From an uncultured Candidatus Saccharibacteria bacterium (GTDB lineage Bacteria > Patescibacteriota > Minisyncoccia > Phycocordibacterales > XYD1-FULL-46-19), in NCBI GenBank assembly GCA_964355855.1, contig CAYHFD010000001.1, forward strand, positions 9,921-73,920: a DNA stretch of 64,000 nt, read 5' to 3'. The notes beneath the pieces are model-generated. The model saw nothing but the letters and a program-made list of their open reading frames with translations. It did no database searches and was not told the DNA's origin. Shown piece after piece: positions 27,703 to 37,075 of this stretch (the stretch's first letter is position 1; the number at the start of each line of letters is the position of its first letter). The position numbers were made by a program, and so were the translations under genes.

Positions 27703-27774
27703 TGCCCCCGGCAAGAATCGAACTTACATCAGCTCGTTAGGAGTGAGCCGTTCTATCCATTGAACTACGGGGGC
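27703..27774 (-). tRNA. tRNA-Arg (anticodon CCT)
   Basis: GCCCCCGTAGTTCAATGGATAGAACGGCTCACTCCTAACGAGCTGATGTAAGTTCGATTCTTGCCGGGGGCA; one A-C mismatch at base of anticodon stem. Confidence 0.75.
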
Positions 27775-27823
27775 AAAGTAAAAATGAGCTCACGCTCATT
27801 TTTGCATAAATTTATAACTTAGG

Positions 27824-28084
27824 CTATAAGCCAAGCTGAGATTTTATTCTATCCTCATCAAAACCAATGGTCATTTCCGCTGGCCCTGAGGGATTTGAAG
27901 GGTCGCTAATAAAAATTACCGGCACGCCCATCTGTCCGCTCTTATCAATCATTTCTTTCGCTTTGGCCCGATCGGCTACCACATCAATATCCTCGAAAGC
28001 CACATTATTGGCCTTAAAAAAATCCTTGGCCATATGACAGAAGTGGCAGGTGGAAGTGCTGTAAATGACAACTTTTTTATTCAT
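27824..28084 (-). CDS. glutaredoxin-like protein (NrdH/Grx fold)
   Basis: VVIYSTSTCHFCHMAKDFF CxxC active site, GVPVIFI. Confidence 0.75.
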   Translation of the reverse strand: MNKKVVIYSTSTCHFCHMAKDFFKANNVAFEDIDVVADRAKAKEMIDKSGQMGVPVIFISDPSNPSGPAEMTIGFDEDRIKSQLGL

Positions 28085-28111
28085 AAAAATTGAAAACTAA
28101 GGGTAATTGAC

Positions 28112-28408
28112 CTATTGTATCACACGCTCTAGATAGTCGGAAATATCATCTGTCAAAGCAGTTTTATTACGTTTTTGGTAACCACAGTCCAAACATTTAT
28201 GGGTAATAACAAATTCATCGCCATCTTTCTCCAGTTGCTCTGGTTCCATCAATCCCCCACACTCAGACCCTCGATCACCCGGATTTATATCGACATGTTT
28301 ACTCCACAAACAAAATGGACAATGGTTGGTATAGCCATCACCCTTTACGTCTTTACCACAATAGCCACAAATAAAATCCTCTTTTACTTTTATAAAATTC
28401 TCAGCCAT
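28112..28408 (-). CDS. RNHCP-domain protein
   Basis: YTNHCPFCLWSKH and CLDCGYQ cysteine motifs of the RNHCP family; start taken at MAENF (longer ORF would overlap tRNA-Gly). Confidence 0.65.
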   Translation of the reverse strand: MAENFIKVKEDFICGYCGKDVKGDGYTNHCPFCLWSKHVDINPGDRGSECGGLMEPEQLEKDGDEFVITHKCLDCGYQKRNKTALTDDISDYLERVIQ

Positions 28409-28410
28409 AG

Positions 28411-28481
28411 TGCGGAATACGAGAATCGAACTCGTGTCTATTGCTTGGGAAGCAACCATTTTGCCACTAAACTAATTCCGC
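28411..28481 (-). tRNA. tRNA-Gly (anticodon CCC)
   Basis: GCGGAATTAGTTTAGTGGCAAAATGGTTGCTTCCCAAGCAATAGACACGAGTTCGATTCTCGTATTCCGCA. Confidence 0.85.
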
Positions 28482-28602
28482 AGAAATGATGCCTAACTTG
28501 ATGTGTGGGTGAACTATATCCGCAAAATTACTACTGGATTTTCATAAATTATACTCGCATGACTCGTTAATTTATGGAAGAAGCAACCATTTTGCCACTA
28601 AA

Positions 28603-28910
28603 CCCACACACTAACTTTTGTTTTGGAAAAGTTCTAAAGTTTTACCAATACGCTTGAGAAGCTGATTACGCGCTTGCCCCCTTAATTTTAAACTACTCTC
28701 CCTGTTGCGCGCCTCCTCCTCAATCGAATAAGCTTCATAATACAGTAGTTTAAACGGGCGTCTAGATTTGGTTGAACGAACTTTTCCTAAATTATGTTCT
28801 TCTAGACGTTTCTTTAAATCATTGGTTGAGCCAACATAAAGATCATGGTCTTTTAAACTTCCTAAAATATACAAGAAGAACATAATTTGAAACAAAAGTT
28901 AGTGTGTGGG
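28603..28910 (-). mobile_element. miniature GIY-YIG cassette with perfect 20-bp terminal inverted repeats and 5-bp TAAAC target duplication, inserted in a duplicated tRNA-Gly 5' fragment
   Basis: CCCACACACTAACTTTTGTT at 28603-28622; exact reverse complement at 28891-28910; flanks GAAGAAGCAACCATTTTGCCACTAAAC and TAAACTAATTCCGCA copy the tRNA-Gly 5' region (28449-28481). Confidence 0.7.
28611..28883 (-). CDS. GIY-YIG nuclease family protein (COG2827-like, ~90 aa)
   Basis: YILGSLKDHDLYVGSTNDLKKRLEEHN = GIY..YVG...R..EH catalytic motif; ATG at 28883 (TTG at 28895 alternative). Confidence 0.8.
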   Translation of the reverse strand: MFFLYILGSLKDHDLYVGSTNDLKKRLEEHNLGKVRSTKSRRPFKLLYYEAYSIEEEARNRESSLKLRGQARNQLLKRIGKTLELFQNKS

Positions 28911-28934
28911 TAAACTAATTCCGCAATAAAAATT

Positions 28935-29327
28935 TTAAGAAAAAATATCCGCTAAAGCCTGCCAGCCCGCTGTCCACCAACCACCATTACTTTTATTATT
29001 TATTTTAACACTTGAGGTTGATTCTCCTTCCACGATAGTTATGACTTTCTCGCCTGGTTTTAGGACTGAATAATTTTTTCTTATTTCCTCTTCTTGACCT
29101 CGATCAGTGCGCAACCAGACTACTTTTTTTTGCAATTCGCTTTTTTGGCCCTCAAGTTCGGTCAAGCTACCTTCAGCTTGTTTTTTACCAGCTCCCGCCA
29201 AATGATTTTTAGCATACACGCCCCAAACAGCCTTACTCATAAAAAGCACCAACAGGAGCAAGGCAACAATAGTAACTTTAGAATATATAAACCGTCGCAC
29301 CCGCCGTCGGCCTTGAAAATCTCTCAT
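28935..29327 (-). CDS. FtsB/DivIC-like septum formation initiator (membrane coiled-coil protein)
   Basis: Single N-terminal TM followed by coiled coil (LTELEGQKSELQKKVVWL). Confidence 0.4.
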   Translation of the reverse strand: MRDFQGRRRVRRFIYSKVTIVALLLLVLFMSKAVWGVYAKNHLAGAGKKQAEGSLTELEGQKSELQKKVVWLRTDRGQEEEIRKNYSVLKPGEKVITIVEGESTSSVKINNKSNGGWWTAGWQALADIFS

Positions 29328-29450
29328 ATTAGAATTATACTACACTCCATGTTATACGGACGCAATCAGCAGAAATATATCAGAATCATTGCTATGGTGG
29401 TAGGAGTGCTTACCATTATTAGCATGGTTGCCTTGTACTCTCTGCCCTTC

Positions 29451-31253
29451 CTATTCAACTGATTTCATCATCTTTAAGAAAACGTCCTGCGGGATGTTAA
29501 CCTTGCCGATTTTTTGCATTTTCTTCTTACCTTTTTTCTGTTTCTCCCGCAGTTTCATTTTGCGGGTAATGTCTCCGCCATAAAGATAGTCTGTTACATC
29601 TTTGCGTAAAGCCGAAATAGTCCGGGAAGAAATAATTCGTCCCATGGCTTTGGCTTGAATTTTTATAGTAATAAGTTGCTTAGGCAAAAGCTTTTTTAGC
29701 TTATCGGCCGCTTCGGCGGCTTCGGTTTCAACTCGTCGGCGAGCCACTATCCGCGTGAAGGCACCAATAATGTCTTCGTTTATCAAAACATCAAGGCGCA
29801 CGACATCGGCCAGGCGACTATCGATCATCACATATGAAAAACTCGCGTAACCCGAGGTTACACTTTTTACTTCATCAAAAAAGTTTCGCATTAGCTCGCG
29901 CAGGGGCATTTCAATAGTCAAGTTAGTCCGGTTATCGCCAAAGTTATCCATATCAGAAATATCGGCTTCATGCTCGTATAAAATAGCCATTAAACTATTC
30001 AGATAATTTACCGGTAATATCAATTTAACCTTGACCCAAGTTTCCAATACTTCTTTATTTTTTAAGTCTTCTGGAAAAAGATGGGGGGAATAAATGGTTT
30101 CCACTTCATTGGTTTTAATATCACGAACATCGTAGCTAATAGTTGGGGTAGCAATAATGAGTGACAAACTGAACTCGCGACGCAAACGCTCGGTAATTAT
30201 TTCCAAATGTAACATACCCAAAAAACCACAACGAAAACCTCGCCCCAGCGAGCCAGACGATTCTTCTTCAAAGGATAGCGCGGCATCTTCTAACTGAAGC
30301 CGTTCGAGTGATTGACGCAAAATGGGAAAATCATCCTGGCCTTCTGGATAAATACTGGCCCAAACCACCGGCGGAGCGGTTTTATAACCCGGCACCGCCG
30401 GCAAAGGATTTATCGGCTGAACCAAAGTGTCACCCACCTTGGTCCCACCAGCCGCCTTGATACCGGTCACCACGTAGCCTATTTCGCCAGCTTTAATTTC
30501 ATTAATAACTGTTTTGACTGGCGCAAACACACCCGCTTCAAGAATAGTAAATTTTTCACCGGAAGCCGCAAAAACAAGAGTGTCTCCTTTTTTTAGTGAG
30601 CCATCTACTACTCGCACATACACAATCACTCCGCGATGAGTTGAATATTCAAAATCAAACACCAAACCCCTAGTGCCACCCCGGCCAGCATATTCAGATT
30701 CTGGCGGTGGTATTTTATCAATAATAGTCGAAAACAAACCAACTACTCCTTCTCCAGTCTTACCTGAAACTGCTACAATATCTTCTCGCTTACAACCCAA
30801 AAGTTTAACCACTTCTTCTTTGGTTTCCTCTACACGAGCGCTGGGTAAATCTATTTTATTGATCACTGGGATAATCAGCAGATTTTCCGCGCGGGCCATG
30901 TCAAGCACCGACAAGGTCTGGGCCTGCACACCTTGGGTGGCGTCAATAAGAAGTAGCACCCCCTCAACCGCCTTTAGTGCCCGCGACACCTCATAAGAGA
31001 AATCAATATGGCCAGGCGTATCAATTAAATTTAGAACATAGGTTTTACCCCCAGCCTCATATCTCATCCGCACTGGTTGCATTTTTATCGTTATGCCCCG
31101 CTCTCGCTCTAGGTCCATAGAATCAAGAACTTGTTCTTTCATCTTTCGTTTTTCAATCGTCGAAGTCACCTCTAGCATGCGATCGGCTAGGGTTGATTTG
31201 CCATGGTCAATATGAGCAATTATCGAGAAATTGCGGACAAATTCATTTCGCAT
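29451..31253 (-). CDS. lepA: elongation factor 4 (LepA)
   Basis: NFSIIAHIDHGKSTLADR G1, DTPGHIDF, NKID; LepA-specific C-terminal domain. Confidence 0.95.
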   Translation of the reverse strand: MRNEFVRNFSIIAHIDHGKSTLADRMLEVTSTIEKRKMKEQVLDSMDLERERGITIKMQPVRMRYEAGGKTYVLNLIDTPGHIDFSYEVSRALKAVEGVLLLIDATQGVQAQTLSVLDMARAENLLIIPVINKIDLPSARVEETKEEVVKLLGCKREDIVAVSGKTGEGVVGLFSTIIDKIPPPESEYAGRGGTRGLVFDFEYSTHRGVIVYVRVVDGSLKKGDTLVFAASGEKFTILEAGVFAPVKTVINEIKAGEIGYVVTGIKAAGGTKVGDTLVQPINPLPAVPGYKTAPPVVWASIYPEGQDDFPILRQSLERLQLEDAALSFEEESSGSLGRGFRCGFLGMLHLEIITERLRREFSLSLIIATPTISYDVRDIKTNEVETIYSPHLFPEDLKNKEVLETWVKVKLILPVNYLNSLMAILYEHEADISDMDNFGDNRTNLTIEMPLRELMRNFFDEVKSVTSGYASFSYVMIDSRLADVVRLDVLINEDIIGAFTRIVARRRVETEAAEAADKLKKLLPKQLITIKIQAKAMGRIISSRTISALRKDVTDYLYGGDITRKMKLREKQKKGKKKMQKIGKVNIPQDVFLKMMKSVE

Positions 31254-31314
31254 ATGGTAATACTAGCGGAAAAAGGACGAAGGGCAAGTTGTCTGGGCTT
31301 AAACCTAGATAAAA

Positions 31315-32991
31315 TTATATTTCCTCTTCCTCCACCCGAATTGGTTCCCGCCACACCCTGGCCGACAAAGCATTGGTAAACTCGGCCAACTCGACACTTT
31401 TTAAAATAAAAAAAATCAAAATAGCTGACATAATTCCCGACACTCCGGCCCCTAGACCTTGCAAAAATATGCCAACATAAGTCTCCTGATCAACATATGG
31501 AGCAAGTAATAGTAAACTATGATAGGTAACAAAACCAGCTACCACTGCCGCGGAAAAAGAACGAAAGGCCGACTGATATACCAACGGACTAAAAGCCCCA
31601 AAGTCTCGGCGAAACACCCACCAATAAATAATGGCGTTTAGGGTCAGACCAAGAGAGTAGGCCAAAGGTAGAGTCAAAATAATAGTTCCTGGTACATTGT
31701 CGACCCGCAATAGTAATTCTATAAAATAGCGAAAAACTAAAACATTTTTGAAAAAATAAATTAAAATAAAAGCTAAAATAATTACCCCTATCGATGATAT
31801 AATATTAGCCAAAAGAGGCACTTTAGTCCGACCACTAGCATAATAGACCCGAACAAAAAGCTGCACAAAACTCTGGGCCACAACTGAAACCACAAACACC
31901 GCTAAGCCCGCGGCTACTAACCTAGTGTCTGACCAACTAAAATTTCCCGCCCCCAAAATGACGCGCACGATTTGGGCGCGCAGGACAATAAAAAGCACCA
32001 TGGCCGGCAGTGACCAAAAAAAGATGTGGCGAATCGCCGTTTCTATTTTACCGACAAATTTTTTGGTTTCCCCTCTCGAAAAAAGAGCAGCTAGAGTTGG
32101 AAAGGCGGCCACCGAATAGCTAACCCCAATTATAATAAGTGGGACCGATTGTAAGTTAAAGGCCAAATTAAATACTGTAATTGAACCGACGGCCATCAAT
32201 GATCCAAGGGCCACCAAAACCGCTAGCGATATTTGATGGGTGGCTAAAGTAAGGGTTCGAGGCAAAGACATAAACACCACTTCTTTTATTTCTTTGAAAT
32301 TTATATGAACTGTAAATGACGGCAATAGACCAAGCCGATAAACACTGGGCAGTTGAATGAGCATGTGCAAAACAGCGCCAACAATCACACCCCAGACCAA
32401 TCCAACCAAACCCATTGTTGGATAGAAAAAAACTATACCCACAATTATACCAAGATTGTATAAAACTGGACTTAGAATATACGCAAAAAATTTACGATAG
32501 CTTTGGGTTATGCCACCCAAAAAGTTAGACAACCCCAAAAGTAGGGGCGATAAGAGTAAAATTCGTGAAAGTAAAATCAATTCTTGTTTAGCTTCTGGCG
32601 TAAAACCCGGGGCAATCAAACCAGAAAAATACGGCATTGTTATGAAAAAAAACAAACCCATTAAACAGGTCGTTCCCACAAACACCGTACTAACACCACT
32701 TAAAAACCGGCGAACTTTTTCTTCTCCTCCTTCCTCTTTCTTTTTTAAAATAAAAGGAATTAAAACAGTGACAGATACCACCGACGCAAATGTGACATAA
32801 ATTAGGTCAGGAATCCGAAAAGCCGAATAATATATATCTAGTTCGGTGCTGGCCCCAAAAGTAGAAGCTAACAAGCGGTCGCGTAGTAGAGCCAGCACTT
32901 GGGCCGCCAGTGAGGACATACCCAAAAGAAAGGCTGCTTGATGCAAGCCACTCCATTCCTTATACAAAAGTGAGAGTAGTCTAGTTACCAC
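31315..32991 (-). CDS. murJ: lipid II flippase MurJ (MviN)
   Basis: LLALLRDRLLASTFGASTELDIYYSAFRIPDLI N-terminal signature; ~14 TM. Confidence 0.8.
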   Translation of the reverse strand: MVTRLLSLLYKEWSGLHQAAFLLGMSSLAAQVLALLRDRLLASTFGASTELDIYYSAFRIPDLIYVTFASVVSVTVLIPFILKKKEEGGEEKVRRFLSGVSTVFVGTTCLMGLFFFITMPYFSGLIAPGFTPEAKQELILLSRILLLSPLLLGLSNFLGGITQSYRKFFAYILSPVLYNLGIIVGIVFFYPTMGLVGLVWGVIVGAVLHMLIQLPSVYRLGLLPSFTVHINFKEIKEVVFMSLPRTLTLATHQISLAVLVALGSLMAVGSITVFNLAFNLQSVPLIIIGVSYSVAAFPTLAALFSRGETKKFVGKIETAIRHIFFWSLPAMVLFIVLRAQIVRVILGAGNFSWSDTRLVAAGLAVFVVSVVAQSFVQLFVRVYYASGRTKVPLLANIISSIGVIILAFILIYFFKNVLVFRYFIELLLRVDNVPGTIILTLPLAYSLGLTLNAIIYWWVFRRDFGAFSPLVYQSAFRSFSAAVVAGFVTYHSLLLLAPYVDQETYVGIFLQGLGAGVSGIMSAILIFFILKSVELAEFTNALSARVWREPIRVEEEEI

Positions 32992-33003
32992 CTTAGCGGG
33001 TAC

Positions 33004-35478
33004 TTAATTGGCGGGTTCGCTCGCCACTTCGTCAGCCTTGGCTGTATCATCACCTCCTTTGGTTTCATTGCCTGTATTTTCTTCTTCGCCACCTTTATTA
33101 GTATTTACCCCACCCACTCCAGCCAAAGCGTCGCGACCCGCCCGAATATTACGGATTATTTGTTTAACTTCGGCATTGTCAGGGTTAAATTTAGCAATCA
33201 ATTCAAATTGCTCAATCGCTTTATCAGCTTGACCATTTTCCGCGTAAGCTAGACCCAAGAAATATGAAGCATTAGCATTTAGACCATTTGGACTAAGGGC
33301 CAAGACCCGTTGCATAGCGCTAATTGCTCCCACAAAATCACCCGAGCGGTAACGCAAGAAACCAAGTTGAAAATATAGACCCGAATCATTGGTAATAGTT
33401 TGCACCGCCTGTTCTAGGCGACGAATAGCCGCCGGCGCGCCAGTATTTTGAATATCTAGTTGGGCTAATAATAATATAGATGAACTGTAGTTAGATTTAA
33501 TAGCCAGAGCTTGTTCTAGGTAGTCTCGGGCCGAAGTAAATTTATTTTGACTGATCTCTAAGCGCGCCAAAGCCAGTAATATCTCGGGATTATTTTTGTT
33601 GACCTTCAAAGCAGTTTGGTAGGTCGACAATGCCTGTTCGTAGGCCCCCGTTACCCCCAGTCCAGCTAGATACTCATAAACATTACCCAAAGACATAATA
33701 TTAGCACTGTCAGATGGATTGATTTTGACGGCTTCTTCACTAGAACCAATAGCCGCGGTAATAACATTTTGTAACAATGGTTGAATCTCTTCGATTTTAC
33801 CTTCACTTGATGATAATAATTTGTTTAGTTCCTGAATTTTAACACTAGAGAACACGCGAAAATATAATGGATCGCCATTATTTAAATTGATGGCCTTTAT
33901 TATATTAGAACTGGCCGACTCAACATTACCCACACTTAAGGCCGACAAGGCTTTTTGATAAGTAATAACCGACCACATGCGCTGAACCAATAAGTAGCCA
34001 CTAGCGATGGTGATAATTAGGATTAGCACTAACACCAAAAGCGACACAAAATAGTTACGGGGATTGGAATAAAATTTTATCGACAGTTGAGGTAGAGTTT
34101 TGCCGGCCACTAAAGAAGCCACAAAAATACCGGTCATAATGAAGAGGAAGGCAAAACCAAAAGCATCTGGGGTATAGACAATAGACATGACCCAAAAATA
34201 GACCATCCCAGTAAAAGATGAGACGATTAGAAACTTGGTTAAAGGGTCACTGGGTATATTTTTAGACGCCTGCCAGGCGGTATAGAGAATAGCAAATATA
34301 AACAAGAGCCAAGCCAATATCCCCACCGCCCCGGTCGTCACCGCAAAGGTCGGTATAATACCCACCGCATCAGCAAAATTAACATTCCAATATTGCATTT
34401 CATTGACCAGACGTGGTTTATGAATTGACCAAGCGCTACTAAAATTACTTGGACCCACTCCGGTCAACGGATCTTTCAGTAACACCTCTTTTATCACCCC
34501 ACCTGTACTAAGCCAACCCGGCCGAACCTCAACAAACGAAATATTTAATTGGTTATAAACAGAACCAAGACCGTCAGCCAACAAACCACCAGGTCGACCC
34601 AAAATCAAAAACAGTAAAGCAATTAAAAGAACGAAAAAAGATGGCCTAAATATTTGTTTACCCTCCATACTGTTTTTGATTGTTTCCGGGGCATCCCCAG
34701 CTGTTCTTGAGGCGATAGAAAATACAAAAGTAAAAAGAGCCACTAGTCCAACCGCTAGCCAAGCAATAATAAAGTTGGTTAAAGCCAACATAAACACCGA
34801 CAGAGAAAGTGAGGCAATAGCTAACCACTTTAAAATTCTCTTACTACCCAAAATTGGCAATTCAAGCATTAATAACGAAATGATAGCGGTAAAACCAAAA
34901 TAAACACTCATTTCATACCATTTACCGATCAAGGTCTGAGGTAAATAATTAAAAATACCTGGTGCAAATGTACCACCAATTAAAAATACTAAAATATGAA
35001 ATAACGCCACTACTACCGAAACTAACGATAAGGTTAGAAAGAAATTAAATAATCGTTTACGACTATCAAACATCATCATTATCAGAAAAGACAAGAGTGA
35101 TAATGCCAATATCGATAACATGGTTCCCGACTGATAAAGTGGTCCAACCAAAGAATACTTTGGACTAGGAGAAAAAATACCCGCAATTAGGAAAGCAATC
35201 GGTAAAATTGGTAGAGCAAAGGTAATAATACTTTGAGGTAGTTTTATTTCCCCGGCCTGGAGTCGACCAACAATCCACAAGGCAATAGCCACCACCAAAA
35301 TACCAAAAATAAAAAACTTCTTACTTACGTCTGGAGCCAGACCAAACATTGGAAAAGTTACCAGCGGTAAAAGAACTGCCCCTACAAACAGAACCCAAAA
35401 TGAAGCCAGATCGGCGGTAATAAAAGATTTAATTGTAGGCTGAACTTCTTTGTCCATCAAATTTTTGACTATAGGCAT
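33004..35478 (-). CDS. large polytopic membrane protein (O-antigen-ligase-like) with C-terminal TPR repeats
   Basis: ~12 TM N-terminal region, then multiple TPR-like A/L/Y-rich repeats, Gly/Glu-rich C-terminus. Confidence 0.5.
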   Translation of the reverse strand: MPIVKNLMDKEVQPTIKSFITADLASFWVLFVGAVLLPLVTFPMFGLAPDVSKKFFIFGILVVAIALWIVGRLQAGEIKLPQSIITFALPILPIAFLIAGIFSPSPKYSLVGPLYQSGTMLSILALSLLSFLIMMMFDSRKRLFNFFLTLSLVSVVVALFHILVFLIGGTFAPGIFNYLPQTLIGKWYEMSVYFGFTAIISLLMLELPILGSKRILKWLAIASLSLSVFMLALTNFIIAWLAVGLVALFTFVFSIASRTAGDAPETIKNSMEGKQIFRPSFFVLLIALLFLILGRPGGLLADGLGSVYNQLNISFVEVRPGWLSTGGVIKEVLLKDPLTGVGPSNFSSAWSIHKPRLVNEMQYWNVNFADAVGIIPTFAVTTGAVGILAWLLFIFAILYTAWQASKNIPSDPLTKFLIVSSFTGMVYFWVMSIVYTPDAFGFAFLFIMTGIFVASLVAGKTLPQLSIKFYSNPRNYFVSLLVLVLILIITIASGYLLVQRMWSVITYQKALSALSVGNVESASSNIIKAINLNNGDPLYFRVFSSVKIQELNKLLSSSEGKIEEIQPLLQNVITAAIGSSEEAVKINPSDSANIMSLGNVYEYLAGLGVTGAYEQALSTYQTALKVNKNNPEILLALARLEISQNKFTSARDYLEQALAIKSNYSSSILLLAQLDIQNTGAPAAIRRLEQAVQTITNDSGLYFQLGFLRYRSGDFVGAISAMQRVLALSPNGLNANASYFLGLAYAENGQADKAIEQFELIAKFNPDNAEVKQIIRNIRAGRDALAGVGGVNTNKGGEEENTGNETKGGDDTAKADEVASEPAN

Positions 35479-35545
35479 ATTATTTATTATCAGTTAGCTT
35501 TATATTTTTTTATTAGTATACTAGATTTGAGCTATAACCTCCAGT

Positions 35546-35782
35546 ATGAAGCCTATCCCCCACCAATCCAAAAATCGCCTTACTGGTTGTATTTCTATCA
35601 GAAAAGCGGCCGAGATTTTACTGGTTTCCCTATCAGCCCTTAGAAAATGGGACCGAATGGGGATATTAAAGGCCTACCGCAACCCAAAAAATAATTATCG
35701 CCTTTATCACATTAACGATTTACAAAAATTTGCCCAAGAGAAGGGCCTAAAATCTAAACCCAAACGAATATTAAAAGACTGA
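35546..35782 (+). CDS. MerR/excisionase-type HTH DNA-binding protein
   Basis: ISIRKAAEILLVSLSALRKWDRMGIL helix-turn-helix. Confidence 0.5.
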   Translation: MKPIPHQSKNRLTGCISIRKAAEILLVSLSALRKWDRMGILKAYRNPKNNYRLYHINDLQKFAQEKGLKSKPKRILKD

Positions 35783-35786
35783 AAGC

Positions 35787-35813
35787 AAAAACCCCCGCGT
35801 AAGCGGGGGTTTT
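35787..35813. terminator. bidirectional intrinsic terminator (MerR-like gene / rnpB)
   Basis: AAAACCCCCGC-GTAA-GCGGGGGTTTT. Confidence 0.8.
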
Positions 35814-35820
35814 CGATATA

Positions 35821-36270
35821 ATTGCCTTTTGTTTATAAGCCGAATTCTGTACCGAGCACCACTTCTGACACCCACATTCTTATTAGAAAACACTAAGTAA
35901 GTGTAAATTGATTTGCTAGTGAAAGTTAGACAGTCAGTAGCAGAAGTGGTGCTCGGCGATAGCCATTTATCTGGGATGACTGTCGCCAGCCACCTCAAGC
36001 GGCACAAACCAGTGCAAAGCACTGGAGTACGACCTTGCATTCGGGTAGGTATTTTGCCGTTTCAATCTTCAGGTTTCCCTGAAGCTTCACCCCAAAGGGT
36101 GCCTTTGCCTCTCGGCTAGGGCGTCACTGCTCTCAACCCTCGGATTGCTCCGGACAGGCGTTACCTGCTACCTTGTTCCACCATCTAAAGATAGTGGGAA
36201 TGTTCGGACTTTCCTCTATCAGCCCGCCCAATCGGGCAAACTGACAGTAGCTATCCAACAAAAGGCAACC
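35821..36270 (-). ncRNA. rnpB: RNase P RNA (bacterial type A-like)
   Basis: Minus-strand: GAGGAAAGUCCGAAC (P4 5' strand), GGUAACGCCUG, GGGUGAAGC, ACAGAAUUCGGCUUAUA (P4 3' strand); P1 GGUUGCCUUUUGUU pairs with AACAAAAGGCAAUU. Confidence 0.8.
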
Positions 36271-36318
36271 TAAATTATAACATTTTTAGGCAATACAAGC
36301 AATATATCCTCTATAATT

Positions 36319-36942
36319 TTAAAACTTAACCTCAACTGGATTTCTAGCCCCTTCCTCCCCCGCGCCTAATTCAAAAAACTCCCGTTTGGTGAATTTAAAA
36401 ATGCCAGCGATAAAATTTGAAGGAAAACTTTCTATTTTGGTGTTCAAATCACGAACATTGCCATTGTAGAAACGACGAGCGGCCTGAATTTTATTTTCGG
36501 TATCACTAAGTTCACGTTGTAGCTCTAGAAAATTAGTATTGGCTTTCAAGTCGGGATAACTTTCCGACACCGCAAACAATGACTTAAGCGCGCCACTAAG
36601 CATATTTTCCGCTTGTTCATGTTCTTTCACTGTTCCCGCTTGCATGGCCATTGTCCGAGCTTCGGTGACTTTGGCTAAGGTGCCTGCTTCGTGACCAGCA
36701 TAGCCCTTGACTGTATTCACCAAATTAGGAATCAGGTCATAGCGCCGTTTGAGCTGAACATCGATATCCGCCCACGCTTCCTTGGTGCGATTAACCAAAA
36801 CCACAAAACCGTTATACATAACACCAAGCCAAATTAACACCAGAGCCACCAGGGCGATAATATTAAACTCCCACGGAATCAAATCAAAGAAACCACTTAG
36901 GATTAGCAAGATTGCAATAATTCCCACAATAATATTAGACAT
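36319..36942 (-). CDS. lemA: LemA family protein
   Basis: N-terminal TM; NGFVVLVNRTKEAWADIDVQLKRRYDLIPNLV LemA signature. Confidence 0.85.
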   Translation of the reverse strand: MSNIIVGIIAILLILSGFFDLIPWEFNIIALVALVLIWLGVMYNGFVVLVNRTKEAWADIDVQLKRRYDLIPNLVNTVKGYAGHEAGTLAKVTEARTMAMQAGTVKEHEQAENMLSGALKSLFAVSESYPDLKANTNFLELQRELSDTENKIQAARRFYNGNVRDLNTKIESFPSNFIAGIFKFTKREFFELGAGEEGARNPVEVKF

Positions 36943-37004
36943 AAAAGTTATTAGATTAACCTATAAATCACTTAGCCACAGGATAACAAAAAAACCGCTA
37001 AAAA

Positions 37005-37058
37005 GCGACAAAAAAAACCACCATCTTTAGAATGGTGGTTTTTTTGTCGCTTTTTATT
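37005..37058. terminator. long intrinsic terminator 3' of groEL
   Basis: GCGACAAAAAAAACCACCAT-CTTTAGA-ATGGTGGTTTTTTTGTCGC then TTTTTATTT. Confidence 0.7.
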
Positions 37059-37075
37059 TAACCAAACTTAAATCC

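Noticed and set aside
27472-27763. ORFs 27472-27714 (-) and 27479-27763 (+), Gly/Arg/Pro/Ala-rich
   Set aside because: They overlap tRNA-Arg and GC-rich element R. Their composition is GC-driven and both strands are open.
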